A stretch of 64,000 bases of DNA from NCBI GenBank assembly GCA_976551045.1, contig CDPCPM010000007.1, forward strand, positions 8,618,001 to 8,682,000, given 5' to 3'. Source of the stretch: Glaucostegus cemiculus. Its lineage: Eukaryota. Shown here one piece after another: positions 25,080-35,790 of the stretch; the stretch's first letter is position 1; every line of letters starts with the position of its first letter. A program made the translations under genes and the position numbers. The notes under the pieces are model-generated. The model was not told where the DNA came from. It was given only the letters and a program-made list of their open reading frames with translations, and ran no database searches.

Positions 25080-26420
25080 CAACGATAATCTCTTTGGCCA
25101 TTCTAGGGGCGAGCGATCTTTCCTTTCATTAATTGGACATCCAAGTGCCACGGTGAAGGAGCCGCTGAGAGCTCCAATGATTGAGCGCCGCATTACAGCG
25201 ACTCCCAGTCCAGCCTCTCGTCTAACAGGAGCGCCATGGAGTCAGCAGGGGTCCACGTTGCGGAATGCGTCCCACATGTGAGACCATTCGCAGCCGCGCC
25301 TTCTGCTTGGCCACGCCGTGGGGAGACCGGGCCACGAAGCAGTCGGTCGTGGGACAGGCAGCACAAAGCGTGCGGTCCGCCTCCCTGCGCTTCCTCACCC
25401 GGGCCTAACCCGGTTCATGTGCGGGTGATCAACCGTTTACCTCGAAAGCAAAAAACGCCCCCAAAGTCTGTCGATTAACATTGAACTTCACTCATGGAGT
25501 GGGATACACGTACTGGCCTTGGTGTGCACAGTGTCACCCGTGGGTGGCTGAGGCAGAAGGTTGTGCCTTTAAACCCCGACCAGGCAGCAGCTCCTGATCT
25601 GGACTGATGCTCCATTCTGGTCCTGGCCAAGGGGCAGAGCTCTGAGCGCCGCTTTTAGACCGCCCACACTCGCGGACGGACGGTAAAGGTCCGGCGGCAC
25701 AGTTTGAAGTTCTCCTCCGTGCCCCAGCCCCTGTTATGGAGAGAGATTCCGGCCGTAACCTCATCGCTGCCTGTGGGAATTTGACATGTTATCGTGCATT
25801 TCCTTTAGAAGAGTCACTGAATCCAAGTTCTTCACTGACTGAAAAACCATGTGAGATAGTTTGAAGTCCTGAAAAGTGTTACAGAAAAAAATCTCAAGTT
25901 ACTTCCAGTTGACTTTAGGGACTGGTTTATTCGCCACTATTACTTACCGTTTTCACAGTCCATGCTGGTACAGGGTGCCCTTAAAAAATCAGTTTGGGAC
26001 TCGCCGGCACGTGACATGAGAAGGCGGGCTTTGGTATTTATGTTGTGTCCCTGGGCCAGCCGATGTGAGACGGGCTGTTGCAGCATCGAGAAGCCGCTGC
26101 GGGCCCCCCCCCCTGAACGCGGCCGGTGTGTGCGCGCCACAGGCCGGCAAGGACAGGCGCACGGCTGCACTCAGCCGCGGCGGGAGCCCAGCCCAACCCC
26201 AACACTGGCCTTCGCACCTTTCCTCGGTACTGTTTCCCCGGCTGGTCTTGCTCGCCCGTGAAGTGTCGCCGCTAGAGAGAGCGGGAGCCCAAGGTACCCC
26301 GCCCCCGTCCCTTCAGTGCGAAGATCTTCGGTAGGCGGCTCAAAGGGCATTGAAGTGTCAGGGCGAGTGAGCAGAGGCGGACACGGGAACGGCGAGCGGC
26401 GCCCAGTCCGCTCCAGGGCT
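25080..26420 (-). promoter_or_regulatory. CpG island / main promoter of a minus-strand gene
   Basis: Sharp rise in GC and CpG density versus the CpG-depleted window; GC box CCCCGCCCCC 26297-26306; CACGTG 26008-26013. Confidence 0.85.
25948..26300 (-). other. First exon of unidentified gene; in-frame ATGs at 26086, 26017 and 25963 (..MDCEN, phase-1 junction)
   Basis: Consensus donor ACG|GTAAGT at 25948 inside CpG island; ccagcATGg Kozak context at 25963; TSS position approximate. Confidence 0.7.
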
Positions 26421-26458
26421 CTAATCTGTAAAACTAGGGATAAGACTGAGCGTCAATA

Positions 26459-26560
26459 AGGACAAGTGAGACTGCAGATGCTGGAATCTGGATTAACACC
26501 CACAAAATACAGGAGGAGCTCAGCAGGTCAGGCAGCATCTATGGAGGGAAATGAACAGTT
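26459..26560 (-). mobile_element. Penelope-like 3' terminal fragment bordering the CpG island
   Basis: gagactgcagatgctggaatctgga...ctcagcaggtcaggcagcatctatggagggaaatgaacagt is the reverse complement of a sequence like 22770-22870. Confidence 0.85.
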
Positions 26561-27565
26561 GTTAGCTAGCCCCAATGTTTCAAAAACAAAGATCATTGCA
26601 ATTCTTTTCCAAATTTTCCAGCTCCGTGCACTTCTACTTTCTTCCCCACCCAGTTTGTTCCAGATGTTCACCACTTTTAAATTAAAATCTGGTTAAATTC
26701 AAACTGTGCGCCCAGCGTCCATCTTTTAAGCTTTTAATCATCCCGCGCAGCTCTATCTTTTGCTCGTCTGGCCATTTGGTAATGGATTTGGCATGATATC
26801 AGAATTTTAAGAAATCATAGAGAGAACTATAAAATCATTGGACCAGTGTCCCTTCCCTATCTAGAATTCTGTTTAGGAATCTACAATGCAATCAATGATT
26901 ATTCTTTCTGAAATTTCAAAGCCCTGCTGGGAGATTGGCTTTTTTAAACTGGAGGTTATTTCATAGAGGTGAGCACTTTTCATTTACAGTTCACCTCATC
27001 GCGTTAATCCTGCACAGGGATTTGGAATAAGAGAAAAGGCAGCCATCCTTGAAGCCTGAATCCTACAGCTGCTACTTCTACCTGCCCTGACCACACCAAG
27101 GCCAGAGTTTGTCATGAAAATGCACGTTGTTGTTGTCACCCAAGGCTGAAGAGGCAAACTGGAACAGATAAAAGCAGAGGACGGAGAGTAAAAGTTAAAA
27201 AGAGGGGAAGAAATGAAGGCACAACATTAAATTGGAATGAGGACACAAATAAAAAATCAGTGACAAACCATCAGTTCCCATTTTTGTAATGTATTTCAAA
27301 AATTCTTTTCAAAGTAATTCATAAGTGGCTTTGAGCTTTGCAGGAGGTGATTAGGAAGGATGATGAAACCCTCATGAAAGAGATGGGTTTAATGCACTAT
27401 TCAAGAAGGAGAAAGCAAAGAGCAGGAGGAGCTTATGGAGACATTTCTACCAAATTAGACAGATGAAGATGTGATACGTTTTCATTCTAATATTTTAAAT
27501 AAAATCTGGAGTCTTAAGGATGCAAGAACTTCATATTAAAGGTGGAATTTCACTAAATTGTTTTC

Positions 27566-27972
27566 TATTTGGAGTAATGGAGGATGAAAGGCGACTTGAT
27601 AGAGCTGTATAAGATTATGAGAGGCATAGATAGAGTGGACAGCCAGCACTTTTTTCTCAGGGTGGCAATGGCCAATACCAGAGGACATCCATTTAAGGTG
27701 AGTGGAGGAAGGTTAAGGGGCGATGTCAGAGGTAGGTTTTTTATGCAGAGTGGTGGGTGCCTGGAATGCACTGCCGGGTGGGGGGTGGGGGTGGCGGTAA
27801 AGGCTGATACAATAGGAACATTTAAAAGACTTAAATAGGCACATGGATGTAAGAAAAATGGAGGGTTAAGGGCTGTGTAGGAGGGAAGGGTTAGATTGAT
27901 TGTGTAGTAGGTTTATATAGGTCAACACAACACCATGGGCCAAAGGGCCGTTATTGTGCTATACTGTTCTAT
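27566..27972 (+). mobile_element. CR1 LINE 3' end
   Basis: ORF 27584-27838 MKGDLIELYKIMRGIDRVDSQHFF..NTRGHPFKV..RGRFF; tail gtgctatactgttctatg. Confidence 0.92.
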
Positions 27973-29479
27973 GTATTCCATGAAGAAATTGCACAGAGCT
28001 TATTCACCTGCTGTTGTACTCTGTTGTTCCATTGTAAAAGACTGAGACTCTTTCCCTTATCCTGTTCCCTCTCCCCAATCTCATCACTTTTCATTACCTT
28101 TTGATAATGCCATTAATGTGTTGATTCAAGTTCTGAAGCTATCCACCTGATCTTCTGCTTGAACAATTGTTCCACAATATTTGTAACAACCTTCCACCTC
28201 AAGTTCCAGTTTGACATTATCAGCAGACTCAGGTGGCAATGTTTCCCTTTCTGCTTCAAATAATTTATCTACATTTGCATAAGGTGTAAAGATGATGTAA
28301 AGACTGAAATCATGTCTAGTACAGAAGTCACCTCCATTATTGAACATTTTGGGATACCGCTGGACCTGATTCAATGACAGTAGTGCTGAAAATTTGAAGT
28401 CCCAGCACTCCCATGGGAAGTCACTGGCCATTTGGGGTACCCTTTTATTATTATGCCAAGTAGTTATCTAATCTACCAGAGTCATAGTTCATGAATTTGT
28501 CTATCCCTGAGGACCAGATCATTGACAAATGGTTGTGTGGAGAAGGTGAACATATGCAGGTACTGTGTCCTCTGCCCCCTCTGTGTCATGATCAAAATCC
28601 CTGATATTATTGCTGATCTTATCAGGGCCCAGGGCACCATCCAAATCCGTATCACAAGATGGACTTTATAGCCATATTTTACTACGTTCACAGGCCCATT
28701 TTTTCAAAACCAATATCGAGGATTCAGGAGATCTCACCCTGGCTTCTTCCCTCAATGACAATGGCATAATTTGGTGTTTCAGTCAAGGCTTTGTCCCTCA
28801 CCATGCCATTGCAAACTTTCAATGGAGTTTCCAGTTCACCGGCTATCCATACACAGTTAAGATGTGAATGCTTTGGAAAGGGCATAAGTTTTCATCTTAA
28901 AAATATTTGGGAGTGCAATATCAAAAAGTCATTAGAATTACACCAAGAAAAATCTCTGCTCTTCAGTTTAACTGAATCTCACAATGATATAAGTCCCACC
29001 TAAGTTTGTATTTTACCTAAAATTATTCCTAAGCTATCTTCTTCCATTATCCGTGTCATGGTTTTATTCCTATTCTCACAATCCATGCAATTGGTACATG
29101 ATTAGAGAAGAAGGCAATAATATCTAAGCGATGCTCAGACAATTGTTGCAAAGCATATAAGCACCTTTAGAAATAAAATTTAAATTAAATCTGAATTGAA
29201 ATTAGTTTAATCATTGTTCCCTTTGAAATAAAAAGCAATGCCATTGCGCGCATGTGTTAATGCCAAGCACTGGAGTCCAAACTTCCAAAGGAAGTACCCC
29301 TACAAATAGCCAAACTTTTCTGAAGCCAGGCATTACATATTGACCATGGATGTTGAAAAATAACTTGCATTAACCAAGGAAGGCCAACAGTTCAAATATT
29401 GTATTGCTCTGGTACTGGGCACTCAGCATTTTTATTTACTTGAGACCATGTAACATTTTCAGAGAGTACCAGGACTAGT

Positions 29480-29850
29480 TCAGTGTGAGTGTTTTCTCTA
29501 AGTTGGAAGTTTGAAGTTCAAGCCCTAATCTAGAGATTCTGTTAGCATATCTCGGCTAGTGTTTCAGAGCAGTATTAAACAAGTGCTGCCATTTTGGAGC
29601 CATTGTCTTTCAGTTGAGATGTTAAGTGGAAAGACGTCTTCTCCCCTCTTAGAAGGATCCCAAAAGTACTCTTGGACTATTTCTAGAAGAGCAATGGAAT
29701 TGTTCTGGTCAGGATGACTCCCTCATCTAACTATTGAATCAGATAATCTGGTAATTTTATTTATTGCTGATATGCTGTGTGTAAAATTGTTGCTATATTT
29801 GCATATATTATAATAGTGACTGGACTTTGGAAATATACAAAGGAGACACT
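29480..29850 (+). mobile_element. Deu-domain SINE (SacSINE1/AmnSINE1-like)
   Basis: gcagtatt..gtgctgc..gtctttcagttgagatgttaa..ctatttctagaagagca..cagataatctggtaattt..gctgtgtgtaaaattg..agtgact follows the recalled Deu central domain. Confidence 0.75.
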
Positions 29851-30784
29851 TTATTAGTTTTGCCATATTATAGCAAGCTTACATTTCATCTATGCTAACA
29901 TTCTCTTTAACATTTCATATCCAGAAAGATTGATGCACTCCTGCCTAAGACTAACATTATCTCTGCAAGATCATAATGAAGAGGTCAGTAACCATGAGAC
30001 ATCCCATTATAACGTTTGGGGAACCTTAAATTAATCAATTAGATATATATGAAATAAAATGCTAGTGCCAGTGGCTATGCCAATGAAATTACCAGATTGT
30101 CACAAAGATTTTACCAATTCATTAATGCTCTTCAGAGCAGAAAATCTCCCTTTGAACATGGCTGTATCTATCTGACTCAAAATGCACAGCAATTTGGTTG
30201 ACTTTTAGCTGCCCTCTGAAATATCCTATAGGCCAATACTTTGTATTAAATCAAATACACAAAGATATAATAAGATTAAAGCCAGACGTAGCACCTGGTC
30301 CCTACCTGGGTAATGGATTCAGTCATGCACAAGTGACCCTGTGAGAACTGCCTCAAAAACATCTGGAGGTGTGCTTGAATTGAAAGAAGTTTATCAAAGA
30401 TTAGACCAAAAACATTTGGATATGATTACACTCAAAAAGTCATAACTTTCAACAAGTTCCCCTGACTTGATCTTGGCAATGTTTTTCTTTACACAGGTAG
30501 GGCAGATCCACCGACTCTGACTAATGAAGTCATATTGCATTAGGCCAGCACTGGCAAGGAAGTCACCCATTCCCCTTTCCCATTCCACCTTTGGTTGAAT
30601 CAATATTTCTCCATTTTTAATATCATTTGGAGGAACCACTGAAATCATCAAGCACACCCAGGCTGGGAGGCTTAAATGTCTATTTTCAGAAGTGGTTGGC
30701 TGATCTGAACTGGTCGAAACAGGAAGGTCAGAGCTCCCAGACTAAAACCGCATTTGGTGGTGAAAGAGCCAGGGCAAGCAAAGA

Positions 30785-32038
30785 ATGAATCAGAATCAGG
30801 TTTATTATCACAGACATATGTCGTGAGATTTGTTGTTTTGCAGCAGCAGTGCAGTGCAAGACATAAAAATTACTACAAGTTACAAAAGAGGAATACTGAG
30901 GCAGTGTTCATGGTTCATGGACTGTTCAGAAATCTTGCGGCAGAGGGGAAGAAACTGTTCCTGAAACATTGTGTGTGGATCTTCAGGCTCCTGTACCTCC
31001 TCCCTGATGGTAATAATGTGAAGAGGGGATGTCCCAGGTGTGAGGGTCCTTAATGATGGATGCCGCCTTCTTGAGGCACCACGCCTTGAAGATGCCCTCG
31101 ATGGTGGAGAGGGTTGTGTCCGTGATGGAGCTGGCTGAGTCTGCAACCCTCTGCAGTTTCTTTCAATCCTGCACATTGGAGCCTCCATACCAGGTGGTGA
31201 TGCAACCAGTCAGAATGCTCTTCACTGTACATCTGTAGAAATTTACAAGAGTCTTTGGTGACATACCAAATCTCCTCAAACTCCTAGGTCGAGCCACTGG
31301 CGTGCCGCCTTCATGATTACATCAACGTATTGGGCCCAGGATAGATCCTCTGAGATGTTGACACCCAGGAACTTAAAGCTGTTCACCCTTTCCACCACTG
31401 ACCCCTCAATGAGGACTGGTGTGTGTTCTCCCAACTTCTCCTTCCTGAAGTGCACAATTAATTTCTTGTTCTTGCTTACGCTGAATACAAGGTAGTTGTT
31501 GCAACACCACTCAACCAGCCGATCTATCTCATTCCTGTATGCCTCTTCATTGCCATTTGAGATTCTGACAACAGCAGTAGTGTAATTGGAGAATTTATAG
31601 AAGGCACTTGAGCTGTGCCTAGCCGCACAGTCATGAGTATAGAGAGAGTAGAGCAGCCGGCTAAGCATCCATCCTTGAGGTGCACCTGTGTTGATTGTCA
31701 GCGAGGAGGAGATGTTACCACCAATCTGCATTGACTGTGGTCTCTCAATAAGGAGGTCAAGGATCCAGTTACAGAGGGAGGTACAGAGGCCCAGGTTTTG
31801 AAGCTTGTTTATTAGTACTGGGGGGATGATGGTGTTGAACGCCAAGTTGTAATTGATAAACAGCAGCCTGATGTATGTTTTGCTGTTGTCTAGGTGCTCC
31901 AAAGCTGAGTGGAGAGCCAGTGAGGTTGCATCCACCATAGACCTGTTGTGGTGGTAGGCAAATTGCAGTGGGTCCACATCATTGCTCAGGCAGGAGTTAA
32001 TTCTAGCCATGACCATCCTCTCAAAGCACTTCATCACA
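30785..32038 (-). mobile_element. Rex1/Babar-like LINE, 5'-truncated, RT pseudogene
   Basis: ORF 31276-32037: MKCFERMV..DPLQFAYHHNRS..LHSALEHLD..RLLFINYNLAFNTIIP..TGAPQG..LYSLYTHDC..FKFLGVNISEDLSW; 3' tail gtgataataaacctgattctgatt. Confidence 0.93.
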
Positions 32039-32389
32039 GCATTATATTCACAGCATGAAACTACTTGAATTCCTCCTCACCAAATTACCTGTCAGAGATT
32101 CATCAGTATTGGTATGAGCAACCATCACGTTGTTCCTGTTAAAGTGAAATTCCATTTTCTCATTGCAAATACCCTCCATTATATTGTGTGCACTTCAATT
32201 GCACTATCTGGGTTGGAACAAATCCAGTAGCTTGAAGGTGAGCATTCAGAGAGCACTGTGAGTTGCCAGTGACAGCAGAGGAATTATTTCTATTGCCTTC
32301 CATAACTACAGATCCTTATACGGCCTGCATATCCATTACTATCCCAGCCAGCAAGCTTGTAGATGCACCAGTGATGGAGGGACAGATAT

Positions 32390-32990
32390 TCAGGGTGAGG
32401 AAAATGGTGCCTGGTACATGGATGGGAAGAATGAGGAAAGACAATATAAAGGCTACGGTTCTAAAGATAATGTGAGAAGAGAGAGGGATCTTTGAGGGAG
32501 ACAAGGGAAATTGGGAAACCAATTTAAATGAAGCACCTGAGAGCCTTGGTTTCATAAATTGAGGAGGCATAATGTGGAGGAGTAAAGAGGTTATGTTAAA
32601 TCTTTGTCCAATTCTGGTCATGACCTTACAGGAAGGATATGATGGTCATGGAGAGGAAAAAGCAAAACATTGAGTAGATAAGGAACTTCAGTTACATTAA
32701 TAGCGTGAAGAATCTAGGAATTCTCTTCTTAGGTCAGAGAGGGTTTAGATGTGATTTGGTAGAGATACTTTGGAATCTTGGCAAAGGGAGTAAAGATTCC
32801 ATCAATGAAAGGATGAAGAAACTAAAGACATGGACTTAACGTGATTGCTGAAAGAAGCAGAAGTGAGAAGAGAATTTCATCATGTAAGTAGTCAGGCTCT
32901 GAGGTTTGCTGCATGAAAGAGTGGTAGGAACAGATTCAATAATCATTGAATAGCTGAGAATAGGACTGTGTGGATTGGTCTTGAGGCGAT
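32390..32990 (+). mobile_element. Highly decayed CR1 LINE fragment
   Basis: ccttggtttcataaat..gagtaaagaggttatgttaaatct..aggaaggatatgatgg..ggtaggaacagattcaataatc resemble the CR1 RT C-terminus. Confidence 0.6.
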
Positions 32991-34065
32991 TTAATGCAGG
33001 ATGAACGGGTTCCATTGTGTTTGCCTGTATTCCTGTGATTATGATTTTATGCAGGCTTCTTTGGCACTTCCTCCCAGACTTGCCGCCTCTACCACTCAGA
33101 CTATCAGGGACAGTAAGGACAGAGGAACACAGCAAACCACAAGTTCCCTTCCAAGTCACACAATATTTTTGGAAATAAAGTGCTATTGCTTTTGCCAGTG
33201 GGTCAAAACCTTGGAATTACCCACTTAACAGCACTATGGGAGCACGTTCAGTTATTCAAGAAAGAGGCTCACCAGCACGTTGTCAAAGGCCATCAGGGAT
33301 GGGTCTCAACTGTTGGCCTTGCATTTACCCTCGAGGTCTTATGTGTGAATAAAACAGAAGTGTCTAGTGGGTGGCTTCAACAACAAATTCAACCATAGAA
33401 GTTTTATTGCTGAAGTTACCGAGAAATACTGCGATCCACTGTCTGCACCTTACTTTTTGACCATTTGCAGCCAATTATTTTACTTCATTGAGATGAAAAG
33501 GCGAGCTTTCCATTGTTTTTGCAATACCTTTAATCAGAAAGCAGAGTTTAATACTTGTAATTTTAAGAACACAATTTCATTGATGTAATTGAATCTATGA
33601 ATCTATGATGGTCAATCACAACACGTGTAATTATGATCTTTTAATGCTTCTCAGGCAGCTAATGAGTCACTAAATTGGTCAAATTGTATGTGAGTTTGTA
33701 ATTCAATTGTGAACTGTGCAACTTTTGAGGAATTTGGTTCAATAGCAACCAGAAAGCACTTTGTCTTATGCAAACTTGAGCAAACTTTTAATGAGGAAGG
33801 ACAAATTCAATGGGACGACAATGGTTGGTTGCTCTACACTGTCAAATTAATGTTCAGGCATTGCCATTGAAAATTACCCTTCCTATATACAAAAGCATAA
33901 AAGCAACATTTGCTAAGTTCACATGCAAAAACCTCTATTGAAATAGTTAAGATGTAACATGTAAGGTGCTGGAAAAGGAAATTGCTGGATTTAGATTTTG
34001 CTGTAACAATGGATGTTGGTATATCCGGTAACTTCTTCAGTATTACAAGGTTGTTGGAATTTATA

Positions 34066-34390
34066 AAGTCATGGAGTCACAGAGACATACAGCAAGGAAC
34101 AGGCCCTTTAGCCCACTGAGTCTGCACCAACCATCAGCTACCACTTTACACTAATCTTACATTAATCTAATTTATTTAAATTTTCCCCCAATTCCCGTCA
34201 GCTCCACCCAGATTCTACCACTCGTGGCCAATTAATCTACCAACCCACATGTCTTTGGAATGTGGGAGGAAACCAGAAGACTTGAAGCAAACCCATTCAG
34301 TCACAAGGAGAACGTGCAATCTCCACACTGAAGGTCAGTACTGAGCCTGTGTCTCTGGCAGTGTGAGGCAGTGCTCTACTATCTGCTGCC
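34066..34390 (-). mobile_element. V-SINE (HE1-like)
   Basis: tctttggaatgtgggaggaaaccagaagac..aaacccattcagtcacaaggagaacgtgcaatctccacac is the reverse-complemented V-domain; CR1-like tail aacaggccctttagcccactgagtct. Confidence 0.85.
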
Positions 34391-34638
34391 CTTTATATTA
34401 AAGCATTACCTTTTAAAGTATTATACATGCCATCAAAAGGAAGTGGCAAGGTTTTCCTACATTCAGACACAGAATGTTGCCCTGTTTGAGGCCCCGTTCG
34501 GGGAGATGAGTGGGGTCCATATCTGAACAGCAGGGAGGTGATTGAGTCCTGGCAGTGGAAGAGGGCCTCCTTCAGTGTTCCACACCGTTCTCTTTTACTC
34601 TCGTCCTCCTACTCACCCATTTGCATAGTGGACATGGG

Positions 34639-34900
34639 CTAATCCCTCTTGAAAACTTGATTGTGGAGGAAATAGCGAGCAATGACAGGGAGGCTGACCT
34701 TCTCTGCACTGCGGGTGCCCCTTGACTGGCACAAGTGAAGCAGCCTTTTCTTGAAGATGCTGGTTGTAGTCTGCATGGTGTTCATGATGGCTCCATGTCT
34801 CTGGCTGTATTTTTGTCTTCCAGAGCTTTCAGGAGCTTCCACAGGAGTGAGGAATCATTTGCACCAGGATGGGTCTTGTTCCTAGAGAGCCATCTGTTGG
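34639..34900 (-). mobile_element. PIF/Harbinger transposase fossil (C-terminal part)
   Basis: TPVEAPESSGRQKYSQRHGAIMNTMQTTTSIFKKRLLHLCQSRGTRSAEKVSLPVIARYFLHN aligns by eye with the HARBI1-type pattern TP..P....E..YN..H..TR..IE..IG.LK.RFRCL..SGG....P..V..I...C..LHN. Confidence 0.65.
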
Positions 34901-34918
34901 TCTCACATATGACAAACA

Positions 34919-34963
34919 CAGTGAAGCTCTTCATTCAATTATGTTGAATGAAGAGCTTCACTG
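34919..34963. repeat. Perfect 20-bp inverted repeat with 5-nt loop
   Basis: CAGTGAAGCTCTTCATTCAA-TTATG-TTGAATGAAGAGCTTCACTG. Confidence 0.97.
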
Positions 34964-35439
34964 GTACATAGCTATACCAACTGAGACCCTACATTCCTTA
35001 TACACATGAAAGCAAAACTGTGAGAATGAAACTGGTTGCTTTTGTGGGAGTAGGCACACAGAAAAAGAAATGCTCTGCTCCTTCCTTCAACAAAGCACTC
35101 TGTTAGCTTAACCTACCATTTACTCTCCAGTATCATGGAGAAGGAGATACTGATACATGGTAGTAGAAGTGCTGGTTAATATAATTAAGAAATTTAGGTT
35201 TCACATCTGAATATTGAGAACACTGAATCTTATGTGTTGTTTTTAGAAAGCATTCAGTCAATGGAGGTCAGTTGGTTTGTGGTGACCTAGGGTTTAGTCC
35301 ACAGGTCCACAGCTTTTACATCATTCACCTAGTCCACAGCTACTACATGAGACAGAGTTAACTTTAGAAAAGTCCAGACAGAAATGCAAAGCTGCACAGG
35401 TCTGCAAAGTCAGGGTAGAAATGTTGGATGGCCAATGCA

Positions 35440-35790
35440 TGCAATGGCACAACTGGGGGTCCCACTGAGTCTCAGCTCCAGTGATCTTGGTTCAATTCTG
35501 AGCTCTGGTGGTGTCAGTATGAAGTTCTCACGTTCTCCCTGTTACTGAGTGGCTTTCTCCAGGTGCTCCAATTTCCTCCCACAACCCAAAGAGGTGCTGG
35601 TAGGTTAACTGGCTATTAAATTACCCTTAATGGTGGTGGGTGAGAGGAGAATCGGGGAGGAGTTTATGGGCATGTGAAAGGAAATAGGCTGCATGGGAAT
35701 AAATATGGGAATGGCATTGTTGCGATTGATTTGAAAGCTGGAATAGACTTGATGGGCCCAATGGTCTCCTTCTATGGAAATATGAATGTG
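35440..35790 (+). mobile_element. V-SINE (HE1-like)
   Basis: cagctccagtgatcttggttcaattctg (tRNA head); cacgttctccctgttactgagtggctttctccaggtgctccaatttcctcccacaacccaaaga (V-domain). Confidence 0.85.

Larger units (their letters stand above)
30020..33355 (+). mobile_element. Old CR1-group LINE (5' region, endonuclease, 3' tail) split by younger insertions
   Basis: Decayed homology at 30020-30783, resuming at ~32055-32345 (ctacttgaattcctcctcaccaaattacctg, cf. ttacttgacctaatgctcaccaatcc at ~39000), 3' tail at ~32990-33355. Confidence 0.6.

Noticed and set aside
25948-25963. Assigning the gene as BID from the MDCE start
   Set aside because: A four-residue match is not evidence and no BH3-containing exon is visible
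25054-26334. Several overlapping ORFs in the CpG island
   Set aside because: Expected from stop-codon scarcity in GC-rich DNA; only the minus frame ending at the 25948 donor has support
31276-32037. 253-aa RT ORF as a functional gene or retron-like system
   Set aside because: 5'-truncated LINE; catalytic FADD reads FSNY; other copies present in the window
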